From positions 140,496-204,495 of the forward strand of contig CAVZND010000013.1 of NCBI GenBank assembly GCA_963776545.1: a stretch of DNA of 64,000 bases. Direction: 5' to 3'. The translations under genes and the position numbers were made by a program. This document shows, in pieces, positions 63,450 through 64,000 of the stretch. The DNA comes from an uncultured Chloroflexia bacterium. GTDB taxonomy: Bacteria > Chloroflexota > Limnocylindria > Limnocylindrales > CSP1-4. Position 1 is the stretch's first letter, and each line of letters starts with the position of its first letter. The notes below the pieces were generated by a model. It worked only from the letters and a program-made list of their open reading frames with translations. It searched no databases and was not told the DNA's origin.

Positions 63450-64000
63450 TCAGTCGAAACCGAGCGTCAGCACCTCGATGCGGGCAGGGGCCTCGGCCAC
63501 GGTTTCGCGCGGCGCGGAAGCCAGTTCCAGGAAGCGGCAGAACGCGTTGGCCAGGCGCATCTGGTCGGGGGTTCGGGCACGCACCCGCCACAGGTCAGGC
63601 GATCCGACGATCACCGCGACGCACCGGGCTCGCGACGTCGCGACGTTGAGCCGATTCCGGCTGTAGAGGAAGTCCATGCCGCGCGGCGCGAGCTCCGGAC
63701 TCGAGGTGGTCAGCGAGTAGATGCTGATCGGCGCCTCCTGGCCCTGGAACTTGTCGACCGTGCCGACTCTCGCGGCGGCTGGCAACAGCCGCTTGATCGC
63801 CCCGACCTGCGCGTTGTACGGCGCGACGATCAGCACCTCGTCCCAGCCGATCGGTCGACTCACGCCATGTTGGTCGGTCCACCTGGCACCGCCGGTCGCC
63901 AGCGACGTCGCGATCGCAGCGACGCGTGCCGCCTCGACATGCGATTCGCTGTCGGCGCCCTCGGTCGCCACTTCGATCCGCCTCGGTCCGACGCCGTCGA
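63450..64000 (-). CDS. SF1 helicase (AAA_12-type C-terminal domain; RecB-like nuclease/helicase family candidate), 3' part only
   Basis: APYNAQV, TVDKFQGQEAP and NRLNVATSRAR helicase motifs V/VI. The reading frame is open to the window edge. Confidence 0.7.
   Translation of the reverse strand, partial: DGVGPRRIEVATEGADSESHVEAARVAAIATSLATGGARWTDQHGVSRPIGWDEVLIVAPYNAQVGAIKRLLPAAARVGTVDKFQGQEAPISIYSLTTSSPELAPRGMDFLYSRNRLNVATSRARCVAVIVGSPDLWRVRARTPDQMRLANAFCRFLELASAPRETVAEAPARIEVLTLGFD

Noticed and set aside
1-64000. Mobile elements, prophage, integrons, toxin-antitoxin pairs or known defence systems.
   Set aside because: I saw no transposase, integrase, recombinase, phage structural, Cas or restriction-modification-like translation in any frame of the ORF track. 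I saw no long terminal inverted repeats. The only candidate hint is the short direct repeats around the GT4 gene, reported as a finding.

Overview
Very GC-rich (about 70% by eye, not computed), gene-dense bacterial chromosomal segment, Actinomycetota- or Chloroflexota-like. I call about 64 CDS. I found no rRNA, tRNA, CRISPR array, transposase or integrase. The ORF track takes the longest GTG/TTG/ATG start, so many true starts were moved inward using stop/start overlaps (ATGA, GTGA), Shine-Dalgarno sequences and family-typical N-termini. In order, the window holds: (1) a raffinose/melibiose-type locus with a GH36 alpha-galactosidase fragment, two ABC permeases, a Tat-lipoprotein binding protein, a DeoR regulator and galT; (2) argH-add-SDR on the plus strand; (3) a 25-kb run of minus-strand genes with two membrane proteins, a GAF histidine kinase, argG-argR-argB-argJ-argC, DUF4395, OsmC, an ABC exporter, a methyltransferase, trxB, an LLM oxidoreductase, a GGDEF-EAL protein, cofE-cofC-cofD, a second LLM, a PPOX-family protein, a stand-alone EAL protein, a BtrH_N-like protein, GNAT and DUF1684; (4) mtnP plus a third LLM, an inositol monophosphatase, a 5'-3' exonuclease, a frameshifted pncA, an OmpR-type regulator, aceE, two more orphan histidine kinases, a GT4 glycosyltransferase and small stress-type membrane proteins; (5) two paralogous PQQ-type sugar dehydrogenases, MarR, DUF72, cupins, an amidinotransferase/M20/MFS module and the 3' end of an SF1 helicase. 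The best leads are: a tightly coupled EAL-PPOX-LLM-cofD-cofC-cofE operon in which a c-di-GMP phosphodiesterase with an unassigned N-terminal domain heads an F420 biosynthesis operon that has a stand-alone CofE; a 414-bp hairpin- and G5/C5-rich non-coding region (49965..50377); an untracked 48-aa lipoprotein ORF with a strong SD; short repeat families flanking the GT4 gene and shared between the aceE leader and the non-coding region; an ARG-box-like palindrome over a leaderless-type argC promoter; and a 1-nt frameshift in pncA. None of this could be checked against databases here. All family names are pattern recognition from the translated sequences.
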